A stretch of DNA of 61,274 nucleotides, counting the filler, from Streblomastix strix (taxonomy: Eukaryota), in NCBI GenBank assembly GCA_008636045.1. It is 4 parts of 4 records of this genome, joined end to end, with 100 filler letters (N's around TTAATTAATTAA, not from the genome) between each part and the next. Parts side by side here need not be neighbours in the genome. Positions count along the whole stretch, not along the records: positions 15,356 to 30,597 come from SNRW01001013.1; positions 30,698 to 45,936 come from SNRW01001014.1; 2 more parts are not named here. One strand, given 5' to 3'. The notes below the pieces were generated by a model, which saw only the letters and a list, made by a program, of their open reading frames with translations, ran no database searches and was not told the origin of the DNA. Positions 28,960 to 41,731 of this stretch are shown piece by piece (position 1 is the stretch's first letter; every line of letters begins with the position of its first letter). Both the position numbers and the translations under genes were made by a program.

Positions 28960-29695
28960 AGCGACGAAGAATGTAACGAATTTTTAGTTTGTCAAACTCC
29001 GTTCGGTCAACAACTATGTTGATTGGTATAAATGCTCACCTCAAATCTGTTTCATTAAATCTTATTTTTGATTATTATTATTTTTTTTACACTTACTATT
29101 CAGGAATTTATTCTAAAGGTGGAGTTTATATTTACCCAGCTTATTCTTCATTAAGTTTCTTTTATTTATAGTTTCTTATTTTTGCTTTATATTTCTCAAC
29201 TTACTTAACAGATTCTTGATATTATAACTTAATGAATGAGTTTTCTGTTCGAAAACGTATTAATTTCTCTAAATCTACTGATGGATAAGTATAATTTATC
29301 TATGGTTACTTTTTTATTGTTTTCATCGGCCTTGGTTTAGTAATTTGCTTTGGTTTTTCTACGATAATTTATTAATCATCTTAGTCATCATCATCATCGA
29401 TATTCATATAATAATCTTCAGAGTATTTATGTTCATTTCCTGAAGTTTCATCTTCAGATTGCTCACTGTTTTACTTAATATATCTTTTTAATGTTCATTT
29501 TAGTTTTGTTTAACATCCCCCTCTTGCTTTTAATAATTACTTAGTTTAATATATTTGAGTTAGAATTCTTTTTGCTTTCTTTTTTTATTCATATACTTTA
29601 ATCTTATTTTTAACTTATATAATATATCTACTATTTAAATATTCGATTGAAGTTCTATTTTACATGAGATTCGTTAATGCTTATGCATGATTAAA
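28960..29695 (-). pseudogene. Element ORF A (unknown, Lys/Glu-rich), degraded
   Basis: ALTNLMQNRTSIEY...KIKVYE and DLEKLIRFRTENS match the intact 41846-42472 product. Confidence 0.65.
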
Positions 29696-29736
29696 TTTAT
29701 TAGATTCTTATTGATTTTATTTAAACACAAAATTTA

Positions 29737-30452
29737 ATGACATCATTACAAACAATTCAGATAACAGTTCTTAAATGTAAACATGTTAATATTGTTAAAA
29801 AGAATTATCAGAAGAAGATAAAGCCAGGTTATAAGCAATTGATGAAGCAATTACGAATGGATTCAGGAATGCAGCGTAAATTCCATTGTTATAAATATAG
29901 TCTTCGATTTAAACTCCGTTACGTAGCAGATATTTTAGCATCGATGAGGAGGAACCTCAAAGAGAAATCTAGACTGATAGACCACGAAGAAATCGTTACA
30001 ATATTAATAAATTTAAAGAGGTTCAACTTGAAACTGCTTAGGTTGAGCCAGAATATGTTGTTAAGGATACATATTTATCTCAACATAACTTAAAAGTATA
30101 GAAATTCATCATAGATACGATTTGGAGATGTGTTGATTCACGAAAGAAAGGTGAAGATTTCATATTTAACTCTGATAACTATATCAAACTCTGGGAATCA
30201 ATAACATAGGAAGAAGAGGAATATACTGAAATTGTTATGGAAGAACCATTGATGAGATGTAATAGAAATTCTTCAAAAAAATATAAGAAGAAAAAGATTG
30301 TAAGAGTTGATGATGTTCTAATAAAGAATGTCTCAATTTCCAACATAGACAACGTATTATGGAATAGTATCGAGAAGTTATATAGAGTTAACAAGGATTT
30401 CTTCAGATTATCTGATAAGCTAGAATCAGATATTGGGCCTTATGATTTCTGA
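29737..30452 (+). pseudogene. Element ORF B (unknown), frameshifted
   Basis: C-terminus EEPLMR...DVLIKNVSISNIDNVLWNSIEKLYRVNKDFFRLSD...DF-TGA is shared with 40627-41310 and 53681-54475. Confidence 0.75.
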
Positions 30453-30597
30453 TTAGGAAATATCGCTATGAAATTGTTTATTTTTGTTGAAAACTAATGG
30501 AAGAAGAAGCGTAATAAATAACTGATCTTGAGGATCCATCAGAAGAAGAACTATAATAAATGAAATCAGAATATGAGAAGATGAAGAAATAATAATA

Positions 30598-30697
30598 NNN
30601 NNNNNNNNNNNNNNNNNNNNNNNNNNNNNNNNNNNNNNNNNTTAATTAATTAANNNNNNNNNNNNNNNNNNNNNNNNNNNNNNNNNNNNNNNNNNNN
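30598..30697. other. Artificial contig linker
   Basis: N-run + TTAATTAATTAA + N-run. Confidence 0.98.
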
Positions 30698-30796
30698 ACG
30701 ACTTTAATTCCTATGTCATTTATTAAAAAATAAAAATATCAAATTGCGCCAAAATCTAGCAAAAGAAGTTTATTCAGTTTTTTATCTTATCATAAA

Positions 30797-33700
30797 ATGT
30801 CTGAGAAATACAGAATGAGTAAAACTTTGATTTAAAATTTATTTGATTAATTATAAGTTCAATATTTACCTAATTATACATCAGTTTAATTAAGAAATAT
30901 ACTAACTAATGAGTTAATTCATTTACACTATACAGGTCATATAACTATTACAACTGAAATTGTAGCTTTTGTAAATCAAATTGTTGCTGAAAGAAATGGT
31001 TAATAATTGTAATAATTAGAATATGTTGTACAATAATAAGATGAATAATTGCATCCATTAATAAAAGCAGTTGATGAATAGTAATAATAGTTGAATAATG
31101 ATTAACAATAACCCCAATTAGTCAAAAATATTGATGCGATCATAAATGAATTGAATTAGTCTGATAATACTGATGATGATGGTCTATTCAATCCTGATAA
31201 ATACAGAGCTAATTATAAAAAAAATTTGAACAAAGTGGTCGAAGATAGCGTATGTAATATTTGATACAAGCTTAATATTAAATCACTAATTAGATACATT
31301 AAATACAAGAGTCACTTTAAACAATAAATGATATTTTAAGAGAAGAATTTGATTTTGAAGACTAGATTCAACAGCCAATTGAAATTAATGATAATTATAA
31401 GTAATTACTAGCTGAACAATAACTGAGACATTAATAAGAATTAGATTAATAAGAATAGTTACATCAATAAGAGATACAAGAATTAACGGATAAATTAGAG
31501 AAATAAAATAAAGCAGCTATACTAATCCAAAAACATTATCGAAGGCACTTAGGTTAATAATTAATAAAGTAATCAATTAACGCTGCTAAAGTGATTTAAA
31601 GCAAATGGAAGAGACATAAACTATATGAACAGCTATAACAGATACTCATCAATTAAAGATATAAGAGATAGGGTGAAAAGCCATTTAAAATTCTTAGCTA
31701 TTTAGATGCAAAATTAGGTGCTAAAGAATTCAATAGAAGAGTGAAAAAGCTTAATGAAGAATATTATGGATTACATAAGGATCACTTTAATGAACCAAAT
31801 ATAACAAAAACAGAGTAATGAAGTAAAAATAGAGAACTCAATTAGAAAGCCTTCGTAATATTTATACCATAGAACTTATCTGCTTATTATGCAGCATTAG
31901 CTCTGGCACGAAAGAGATTCTTGGATAAGAATGAAGTTAGTATTGATGGACTAGGTGACTCACTATTACTGTCAAAAGGTATCGAAAATAAAGAGCCATA
32001 TATGTAGTACTACTACAATCACTTCTATGACTTATAACAACTGAAAGATAAAATCGACTAGGTGTATGAACTAGAGAAAGCAAAACCTTATAAAGCATAT
32101 ATTAGTTTTGGATCTATATTCTAAAAGAAGTTATAAGTCTATAAGCATTAGTAAACATTAGATGAATATCATTACTCTCGCTCAAGACCAAGTGCTGATG
32201 ATAGTTATAAGACTTTACCTAACACAGTAGTTAGAGATAAGTAAACTATCGACTATTTCAAATAGAAAGCAATTGATCTATTATCGGATTACTAAGACAC
32301 AAATCATGAAGATTCAGCAACACTAAAGGTAGAACTATTTTCGTTTTTGATTATTGTTTATAGATTACCATTAGGTACTAAAATGGATAAAATATGTTAA
32401 CACTTTAATAAAGAAGGTATTACTAGGGATGTAGATTGTGAATATAATATTTGTTGGTTTTTAGTTGCATCATTAGCTTTGCACCCTGATAATATCACTA
32501 CTTGTAGTAGGGTTAGTGATGCTATTAAACTGTTTCTCTAATTCAATGACATTAATCCTTCTAGTAGATTAAATAAGGCTAATAAATAATTACTCGAATC
32601 TTATAAAGGTTTCAATTAAGTAACAGATTTAGAAAAGTATCAACCAATACTCAAGCTAAACGGAATAACATATATGTGTGATGAGGTGAAACAAAAAACA
32701 AATCGTAGTGATGTTGAATAATTTAACAAATTTGAAGAACATATTATTGATAAAGATTATCAAACTGTTAATGTTCTATTAATTCCATTGTCAATTGTTG
32801 ATGAAATTCATGCAATGTATATTAGTGATATTGATAAGGTTATTAACGGAAAGCTCCGTCCACTCAATTGTTAGATGATATTTAATACCAAGAACTAACA
32901 TTAAAAGCGAGACCTTGCTAGACATTTGAAGTATTGTTAAGGTCCTGATACAACAAAATAAGTTAAATTAGATCACTTACCAAAGCCATATTATCCACAT
33001 ATATCAAATAATAAGTTACTATAGAAATTAACTGCGACCAGCAATTCAGATTAGTTAACTCCTACACTTAATTACATTACATTTGATTTTGAAACAGTAG
33101 AGAACATAATTAATGAAGACAATATAATTGCTTAATTAGAACCATTATCTGTAGCATCAGCAGCAACAATAAACGACTAAATTACTACGTTATATTTTGA
33201 TTTATGAAATTGATCTGATTTTATTGAATAATGGATAAGTTAATTGTTTGAAGTTGCTATTAAAGTAAATGAAGCTGATCAATCGAATATACCTGATGTT
33301 ACAATTGAAGATAAGCATTACATTCCATATAAACCCCAAGTGTCTGTCATAGGATTCAATTCTAAAAAATTTGATATGAATTTGTTACTCAAACATTTAA
33401 TTAAAAATAAGATTAAAATTTAATATATGGGATCAACAACATAAGCAAAATAGACCGTAGTATCACATTAAGATTATGATTTTGATTTGAGATTTATTGA
33501 CATATTATCATTCATTCCACCAAACAACACATTAAAGTAATTCGTAGAGAAATTCGGTACTAAAGGTATAAAATTAACCAAGGAAATATTTCCACATGGA
33601 TCATTCAATTATGATAACTATAAATTAATCCTTAGTTAGTCCGAGGCATTCACTAAAGATGATTTCTATGACAAATTTAATAATAAGAATATTAGTGAAG

Positions 33701-35894
33701 AAGATTATGAATAATATGTTAATGATTTCACTAATTTTGAAAATGGATGGGAGTATCTAAAGTATTATAATATCAGGGATGTTACTTGTATGATTAAACC
33801 TATTAGTCATCTTATTCAAATTACACGGGAAGAGAAAGTCGATATGTTAGGATATATGTCATTAGCTCAAATTGCTAGTTAAATTAAATTCAAGTACTGT
33901 TATGGAAAGTTCGATATTAATGCAAGTTATAATATAGTTAATGGATTTGAATAATTCGAAGTTACTAAATACTGGTGGAATAACAAAGTTAAGGGATATA
34001 TTAATCAAGATGAGTTTGCTAAGAGGGATATATCTAATAATGTTAATGAGGATGATATTGATTGGATTAAAGATAAGGTGATTAATGAAACATGTCATCT
34101 ATGCCACAACAAATTCACTAAAGAAAACAAACCCACATTAGATAGAATTGATAATTCAATTGGTCACACAAAAGAGAACTGTCAATTAGCTTGTTAAATA
34201 TGTAATACAGTTAAAGCTGATAAAGATAATGATATTAGTAAATTAAAGATACAATTAATGAAATATGCTATCTATGAACATTTACCTATGACCATTAACA
34301 ATGAGTCTGTATATAATATCTTAAAGGAATGTATGTAAGGTGGTTTGTCTAATGTATACAATTAATGTAATTTGAAAGGTATCGCACACATTAACAAACT
34401 TAGATACAATCATGTAACTAAAACAATAACATCTTATGATACTGAATATATAGTTACTCACATCCTTGATTTAGATTTCAATTCTCTCTATCCAAGTGTA
34501 TTTAGTGGCATATTCAACAAAAATAACCCTTATACAAATTACCGAATATATCAAGCTGGTGGACTAACTAGTTACTACAAATGCACATCAAATAGTTCAA
34601 AATAGAAAGCTCGTGAAATAATTATGAGTGATAATAGATTTAATGACAAAGGGTAGCTATTCTGTGTTCGTATTAAAGGGCATATTGATGAAAAGTGTAT
34701 TAACTCACAAATCAATTTAGCACCAATATGGCGAAAATTAACATACAATAATTCAATTGATAGATAGGAGAATTTATGTACAATAAGATGAAATCATAAG
34801 GATTAACTGTTGATAAACATACTACAAAACTAACTTCATTGCTATCGACACACAATCAATTCATGTGCTTCACTAGTTATATTTTATGGTTCTTGATTGA
34901 CTATTGTAATTTTATTATCGATGACATTGATTCAATATCCCTATTCGATAAACATCTAAGTTTTGAATCATTTGCCTGTACAATGATGAACAAGAGGTAG
35001 GATACAATTAGCCAACACAATGACACGAAATCGTTAGACTACAAATAGATTCTAAATAGTGCTTTTGGAGGAGAAGGATAAAATAATGCTAAATTTGATA
35101 AGATATCATTTAACAATGCTCGACAGGCATCACTCAAACAATTGAAATTGGATCATAAAGCGACAAGAAAATTGAGTGATGATATATACAATCCTGATGG
35201 GAGCCTTAGTAAAGAGGCATAATACATGGTTAGTGAGTCACCTAGATAATTTAAGTGTAACAAGCCTTTACAAGAAGCGGTATTTACATTAGACAATAGC
35301 AAATTTTGGTATCTAAATTTTGTATACAACTTCCTCTATAAGTGTATTGATGTAGATAGGGTTCATTTCTGTAATATGGATACTGACTCAATGTATTTAG
35401 CTATTGCGGGATCATAAATTGAAGGTTATAAGTAAGGATTGAAGTATGTGATTAAAGACTAACTATTCTATGACAATCACTACAAAGAGTGGCTTCCTTT
35501 GGACAATTGTACTATTGCCGAAGAGAAGAAATTATTAGGTCTCACTATTGAATCATTGGGTGAAAATATTGTCTGTCTTGCACCAAAATGTTATAGTCTA
35601 TACAATGGAATCGAACAAAATGATGACTTAGTTTCGTTAGTGAATCGAATGAAAGGAGTTAGTGAGAAGAAGGTTAATTTAACAACTAATGATTATATTA
35701 AATGCTTGAATGACGGATGTAACATCAATGAGACAACAAATAATTTATAGATGAAAATGGGAGTAATTTCAATGATAAGTATGGAAAAGTCAGCACTAAC
35801 AGGGATTCATAATAAGATGATTGTATTAGCCAATGGATGTTGTGCTCCATTTATGAATGGGATTAATACAGATCATTACTTAATTGAATAATGA
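30797..35894 (+). pseudogene. polB: Protein-primed family B DNA polymerase with long N-terminal extension; in-frame TGAs (31819, ~33205, ~33211) and frameshifts (~31260-31320, ~34760)
   Basis: ExoI YITFDFET, ExoII VIGFNSKKFD, ExoIII YNIRDV, motif A LDLDFNSLYPS, motif B KQILNSAFG, motif C CNMDTDS, LAPKCY, MKGV; TGA at 35892-35894. Confidence 0.93.
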
Positions 35895-35968
35895 TATCAC
35901 TATTTTTGATGATAAGTGTGTTATAGGAATTTTTAAATATTAATCCACATCATAAGTGCATCACCAAT

Positions 35969-36110
35969 GATGATTTGGGTCCATTTGCGTCATAGATGTT
36001 TACTTAAAATTGTCCATATCATTTATACATCACATTGATGATTTGGGTTTATTTACATCATAGGTGTTTGCTTAAAATTGTCCATATCATTTGTACATCA
36101 CATTGATGAT
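35969..36110. repeat. 68-bp tandem duplication between the convergent polB and fibre gene ends
   Basis: GATGATTTGGG... units start at 35969, 36037 and (partial) 36105. Confidence 0.9.
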
Positions 36111-38345
36111 AATGCTTTAGTTGTAAAAGTCATTTGGCGCGGAGATTATGGTTACAAATAGCGCGGCGGAATTAGTAGACTCTGGTGCTGCCCATATATA
36201 TTATTATTGCCCGCAGAATAATTAACTGACCCATCTATAGCGCCATTATTTGCACCAATCCCTGCAATAACCTACACATTGAAAGTTAAAGTATTTCCAT
36301 CAGCACATATACGCAATCCTCTAGTTGTATCACTTGAATCGAATGCCAATGATATTACAAAACCTAATGGACTATTAACGTAATTACTTGGTGGTGAAAA
36401 TATTTACCATTATCCTGCTATAACACCAGTGTTAGATGTTCTATTACATCCCAAGAAAATCGCAGATCCACCAATACTTTCTACTGTTCTTGATATTCTC
36501 AGACAGTCATCATAATTACTTGCTATAGGATTTATTTACTTATTACCTGAATCAACACCTGCAAATGTTTTTTTTACCTGTAATTGTTTAATCAGTCCCA
36601 ATATCAACGAATCAATTGCAATTAAATGTTAATGCTTATCCGTCAGGTGATATTTATAATCCTCTAATATTATCACCAACTTAAGATGCCACTGCAATTA
36701 CTAAACCATAAGGATTAATTATAGCCGTATTTGGTGGTGTAAATATTGCCCATTATCCTTCAGTAAGTCCAGTGTTATATGCTCTAATACATCCTAACTA
36801 AATTGATGAATTATCTGAATTTTCACCAGATCTAGCTATTCTCAAACCTTCATCATAACTAGTTGCTGTAGGATTAATTTACATACTATCATATATATTT
36901 GGAAATAATTAATTTATACTACTATATCCTGTAGGAAATGCTGATTATGCATCAGTAGTTAATATATCAGTAACATCACTCTAAAAAGCACTTATATCAG
37001 TTTATGATATGAATATATTATAAGTAAAATCATCAATTCTGCCCCATAATTCACCATATCTGTTTATACCAGTTCCAAAATATATTATCCATGCACTATT
37101 CAAACCAGACGATAACGATGGGGTAAACTTATACTAACAATTATCTATTCCTATATCTTAAGTCCAATGTTTATTAAATTTTATTTTTCCAAATCCTGTT
37201 CTAGTATTTATTTTGAATTCTATTGAATTATCAAAAATAACGTTTAAAGCAATAAACATAAATAATTTAATATACAGGGATTATTCAATAACTTGATATA
37301 ATTTACTTGCTAAAGCAACTTTTTTAGTTGTCCCATCAGCTAGTAATAAATCATTATCTGTTCCTGCTGTTTTAATAAATTTAGTTGCAGTTATATTTCC
37401 ATAATAAGTTAATTGTTATGGATGAATATGGTCTTGTCTTGAATAATATGCTGATGAACCATTATTTCCAACTTCATTAACGATTGGAATATTTGATGTA
37501 TTAGTTTCTACATTAATTGGATGTGAATGATCGTTTCTAGCATAATAATTAGTTATACCAACTGATCCACTAGTACTATCTTGTGGGGGTAATAAAGTTG
37601 TTATATTTAGGGGATTAGAATGATTGCTTCTTGCATAATAATTTGTTGAACCAACAGATCCACTTGCAGAATCACTAAATGGAATAGTAGTTGTAATATT
37701 TAATGGATGAACATGATCTACACGTGAATATTCTGTACTAATTCCAGCTGTTGCTTTACCATCAGATAATGGAGTTGCACTACTTGCAGGCGTTACTTGA
37801 TCAGGTAATATATCTCCACTATTATACCATGCTGCATCATACATCCATACTGTTCCACTTTCAGCACTAAATGAAAAATCTTCATTTGCAGAATTAGGAA
37901 AATTTTATATATCTGTATTCAATAAATAATATCCTTGGAAATGTGTTTATCTTGATAAGTCCATATTATTGGTTTCAATATCATTTTTTATATCAGTGAT
38001 ATCCTATTCAGTTGTTCCAATTGATTTTTATAATAAATTCATTTCATTAATCAACTAATTAATCAATGCAATAAAATCAAAATTAATCACTTTCAAATTT
38101 TTTATCGTTAGCAATCCATTAGGTTCTATTTTTAATGCGTAATTTGATGTCATTCCATCAACGATTTAATTGTTAGCGGTGTAGATTAATTCATTGTTAT
38201 TATTTATGAATAATTGATACTCTTCATTTGATATCATTCCTCCACTAGAATTACCTCGTTTCTAATATTGAATATAGTAAGCAATATCGTTAGTGATAAG
38301 TTATCTAACTGTATGGTTTTACTATTATGATAGTGAATTGTTCAT
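36098..38345 (-). pseudogene. Tail-fibre-like protein 1: coiled coil, four YxRxDHxHP repeats, duplicated beta-rich C-terminal domain; one TGA and one homopolymer frameshift near 36570-36610
   Basis: YSRVDHVHP, YARSNHSNP, YARNDHSHP, YSRQDHIHP; FIKTAGTDNDLLLADGTTK; DQTITGKKTF; two INP.A..YD..LRI.R...LGC...GQW.IF.PP...RGL.I..DG..LTFN units. Confidence 0.75.
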
Positions 38346-38365
38346 TTTAATAAAAATAAATTACG

Positions 38366-38575
38366 TCAATTACGCTTATTTACCAATCGATCAACAGCAC
38401 CTGCAAGATTAGCTCCTGCACCTAGTGCGCCTCCAATTTCTAGGTGAATCATTCCAACAGAGCCCGATATTGTTGACAAAACTTTATGTAATGCTGGTGC
38501 AACCCATTAAGCTGCTTTCTTAACGCCACAAAATATTTTCGACCCAAAATTTGCTATTCCAGAGAAGAAACCCAT
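38366..38575 (-). CDS. 69-aa amphipathic Gly/Ala-rich peptide, candidate membrane-penetration protein (adenovirus pVI-like N-terminus)
   Basis: Intact ORF MGFFSGIANFGSKIFCGVKKAAQWVAPALHKVLSTISGSVGMIHLEIGGALGAGANLAGAVDRLVNKRN-TGA between the two fibre-like genes; function is inferred. Confidence 0.7.
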
Positions 38576-38619
38576 TTGATTTATTATAAAAACTTTTAAC
38601 ATAAAGATCCATTCCGTTT

Positions 38620-40046
38620 CATTAATTTTTGTTTCAATGAAATGTCATTCAAGTCTAGTGATTATCTTGGACGATTAGCAAAAATGCAACATTCTGATTA
38701 TGTTAGAGGATATATGTAACTTGGGGAAGTTCTAAAATCCCCTTCTATATATCCACAATCATTTGAAATATCAAAGCAAAATTTCTTTGATTCTCCAATT
38801 ACTGAACTAACATCTAGTGGAGTTAAATATACTAGAGCACCATTAGGAGCAAGAGGTAAATCAGCATATTCAATGGTTCAAACTTGTTAGGTAAATTGGA
38901 CAACTGCAATCCCAGCAAATATATTAGCAATATAATTCAATTTGTCCCGAAATTAATAAAATATGTACCATTAATTTTCACATTAAATGGTGAGAGTAAA
39001 TTTATAAAAGAATTGGAATTTATAATAATTTACCCTTACTAATTAATTTTCTATGATCCGAGCAAAAGCGGCATGCCAAACAATATTCATTTAAAATAAC
39101 TTTTTATTGTACATAACATTTAAAAAATTTGGGTAACTATAGATGTCCGCTGAGAACCTCCCAAATGCTACATGGTTACACGATAAGAAAAATGAGGTAT
39201 AAAATCAGCATCAACGTATCCCACTATGACAGGAATGCTAGTCGAACCACCTTATGAGACCCAACGAAGATACGCACTAATATATACCATACCACTACTA
39301 TGTAAAAGTAAAGACTCTTAGCTTAATCCAACAACAAAATCCCCCGCATGAAACACACCCGATTTCGCCGTTATTGGCACAATAATTTAGTTATTAAATT
39401 TTAATGTGGTACAATCGAAATCAATAATTAGGCCCTTACAATCATATGCTTATTCTTCTTATTTTTATATTCTAAACTATGATGAAGTTGAACCAACTTT
39501 CTATACATTATCTCTATTCGTAGGGTAAATATTACAACCAGTGAGTACAAAGCTAACCCAATTCGTTTCATTTTTCATTAATCTTATTCCTTAATCTAAT
39601 TTACTATCACTCGGTTCAAAAATAAATTACCCAAGCGCATGAGGATATTATTTTGGTAAAAAATCGCCCTATGTCTGATGTATCACCATTAGCTGGTTGA
39701 ATTTAGTTATTTGTTCCACATTATTTAATAATTTTATCCTCGTAATTCGGCAATAAAAATGTTTTTACTCCATGAATAAACTAGTAAGTATATTTATTAA
39801 CAAAATCGATAGAATTCCTAAAGAATTAACTCAAATAATTAAAGTATTTTATTATCTCATTATCAATAACTAATAATAATGAGTTACGTCCTTAATTTAA
39901 TTTTATTATTCTTCCTATTATTATATTATTTTACTATCCTATTCTTACTAATTAATCTATTCATCTTCATCAATTATATCTAAATCGCTTAATTATTATT
40001 CCATTTTTATTATAAAAATAATAGGTTATTCATTCATAATTTCCAT
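38620..40046 (-). pseudogene. Fibre-like protein 2 (acidic N-terminal coil plus beta-rich domain related to the fibre-1 C-terminus), degraded
   Basis: DQGIRLMKNETNWVSFVLTGCN...KGLIIDFDCTTLKFNNQ parallels GLRIARS..SIQLGC..RGLQI..DG..LTFN of fibre 1; several frameshifts. Confidence 0.55.
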
Positions 40047-40059
40047 TTCTTAATCTATC

Positions 40060-40606
40060 AATATATAAATTAATCTTTTTTTTGGTTTATATCACACACA
40101 TTAACAATATCATACGGTAAATAAGAGTATTAATGAACTAATAACTTTCTAAATTTAAGACCATTATGGAAATATACATTAAAATCCTAATTAAAACTAT
40201 ACCCTTCTAGTTCATGACTATTATATATCAATAATGATTAACTTCCCTCAGGTAACTCATCAAAATATTCATATTTAATTCTACAACCAACTTTATTTTT
40301 CTAGTTGTCGGAACGAGATACCCAACGTAAGTTCTCAATTCTATTATCTAATCTATTATGGTTAATATGATCAACTTCAAGAAGATTATTGGGATTTGGA
40401 ATAAATTATTATGCAATCAATCTATGAAAAAGGTATTATTCGTTATTCATTTTGATATAATAATATTTTGATGAATTATTATAACTAACCTTAGGAATAA
40501 AATCATTGGCTATTCTTTTAATTGTATGAGGTTCATTGGTCAAAATAACAAAATTTCGATTTTCCTTTAAAGTTTTCCAATTGTTTTACTCTACTATTTA
40601 TTTGAC
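40060..40606 (-). pseudogene. HNH (HNH_3-type) homing endonuclease
   Basis: HRLIAQQFIPNPNNLLEVDHINHNRLDNRIENLRWVSRSDNQKNK; start codon not evident. Confidence 0.88.
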
Positions 40607-40626
40607 AAATAAAAAAATAAATATAA

Positions 40627-41310
40627 TCAAAAATCTTTATCTGTAATTTCTACTTCAGGTGCATCACTTAAACGTACAAAATCACAATTCACAAGATACA
40701 GTTTCTCAATAGAATTATAGAGAACATTGTCGAGTACTTTAACTGATACGTTCTTAATCAAAATATCCATCACACGAATCAAATCATTCTTTTTATATGA
40801 TTTACCTATGCATGAATGGGATCGCATCAATGGTTCTTCTAATACTATTTCAATATCATCTTCATTTTCTTAAGTGATTAGTGATCAAAGTTTAATAAAA
40901 TTTTCTGATGAGAATATAGAATCATCTCCTCTTTTTCTTATAGTTACCGTTTTCCGTAGGCTATCGATAATGAATTTCATTACGGACAATTAAGGGTGTG
41001 AAAAATAAATATTTTTAACAACTTCGTCATGTTCAACTTATGCAGTAATTCTATCTACTTGTTTATATTTATCTTTATTATATTTACTCTTAAACTTAGT
41101 AATTTTTTATTCTGTTAGGATCAATTATTCAGATGTTTCTGGAATAATTTCATTTTCAGTTTAAATTATTTTTTCTTAGGTTATTTCATCAACAGTTGGC
41201 ATTGATTTAGTCCTGCTAATTGCATCATCGATCAATTACAATCTTATTTTATCTTCATCCGTTAGTTCTTTATATTTAATCTCTGACATTTATTTTTTGG
41301 ATTTTGACAT
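40627..41310 (-). pseudogene. Element ORF B homologue
   Basis: ATG at 41310; EEPLMR...DILIKNVSVKVLDNVLYNSIEKLYLVNCDFVRLSD; one TGA and a frameshift near 40870-40890. Confidence 0.75.
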
Positions 41311-41408
41311 GTGAATTTAGTTTCTTTTTATGCCCTTTATCATTATCTTTATTTAAAAATACAGTCATTATCGGTTTATTCAAAACCCATTTTGCCAAAA
41401 AATGGAAC

Positions 41409-41731
41409 TGCGAATTAGGGATAATTCGCAATTTTTATACACAAAAAATACTAAAAACTTTATTTTAATTAAAAAAATTCATTTATAAAGTAATAATATA
41501 AATAAAAATTAATAAATTTATTATAAATCTGAGTTTTTTTAAAAAAAAAATTATTTAAATTTTTTGGTATATTTTTATTTGTTTCAGTTTTATAAAATCA
41601 AACAAAATATTCTATTTGCAAATTTAATGCAAATTTATTATAAATTGTTATTTAATTTTTAAAAAAATAGAATTTATAAGGTTTTTATAAAAATTTGCGG
41701 CGAATTACATACTTAGTTACCGCGAATTAAG
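41409..41731. promoter_or_regulatory. GCGAATTA motifs (one perfect hairpin plus two direct copies) in the AT-rich divergent spacer between ORF B and ORF A
   Basis: TGCGAATTA-GGGA-TAATTCGCA at 41409-41430; GCGAATTA again near 41700 and 41723. Regulatory role is inferred. Confidence 0.4.

Larger units (their letters stand above)
28960..30597. mobile_element. Fragment of Polinton-like element (copy in contig 2)
   Basis: Same ORF A / ORF B / fibre-2 start arrangement as in the PolB-bearing contigs 3 and 4. Confidence 0.75.

Noticed and set aside
29737..35894. One continuous viral genome across 30598-30697
   Set aside because: The gap is an artificial linker and contig lengths (15255, 15242, 15239, 15238) suggest size-sorted concatenation, so adjacency across linkers means nothing.
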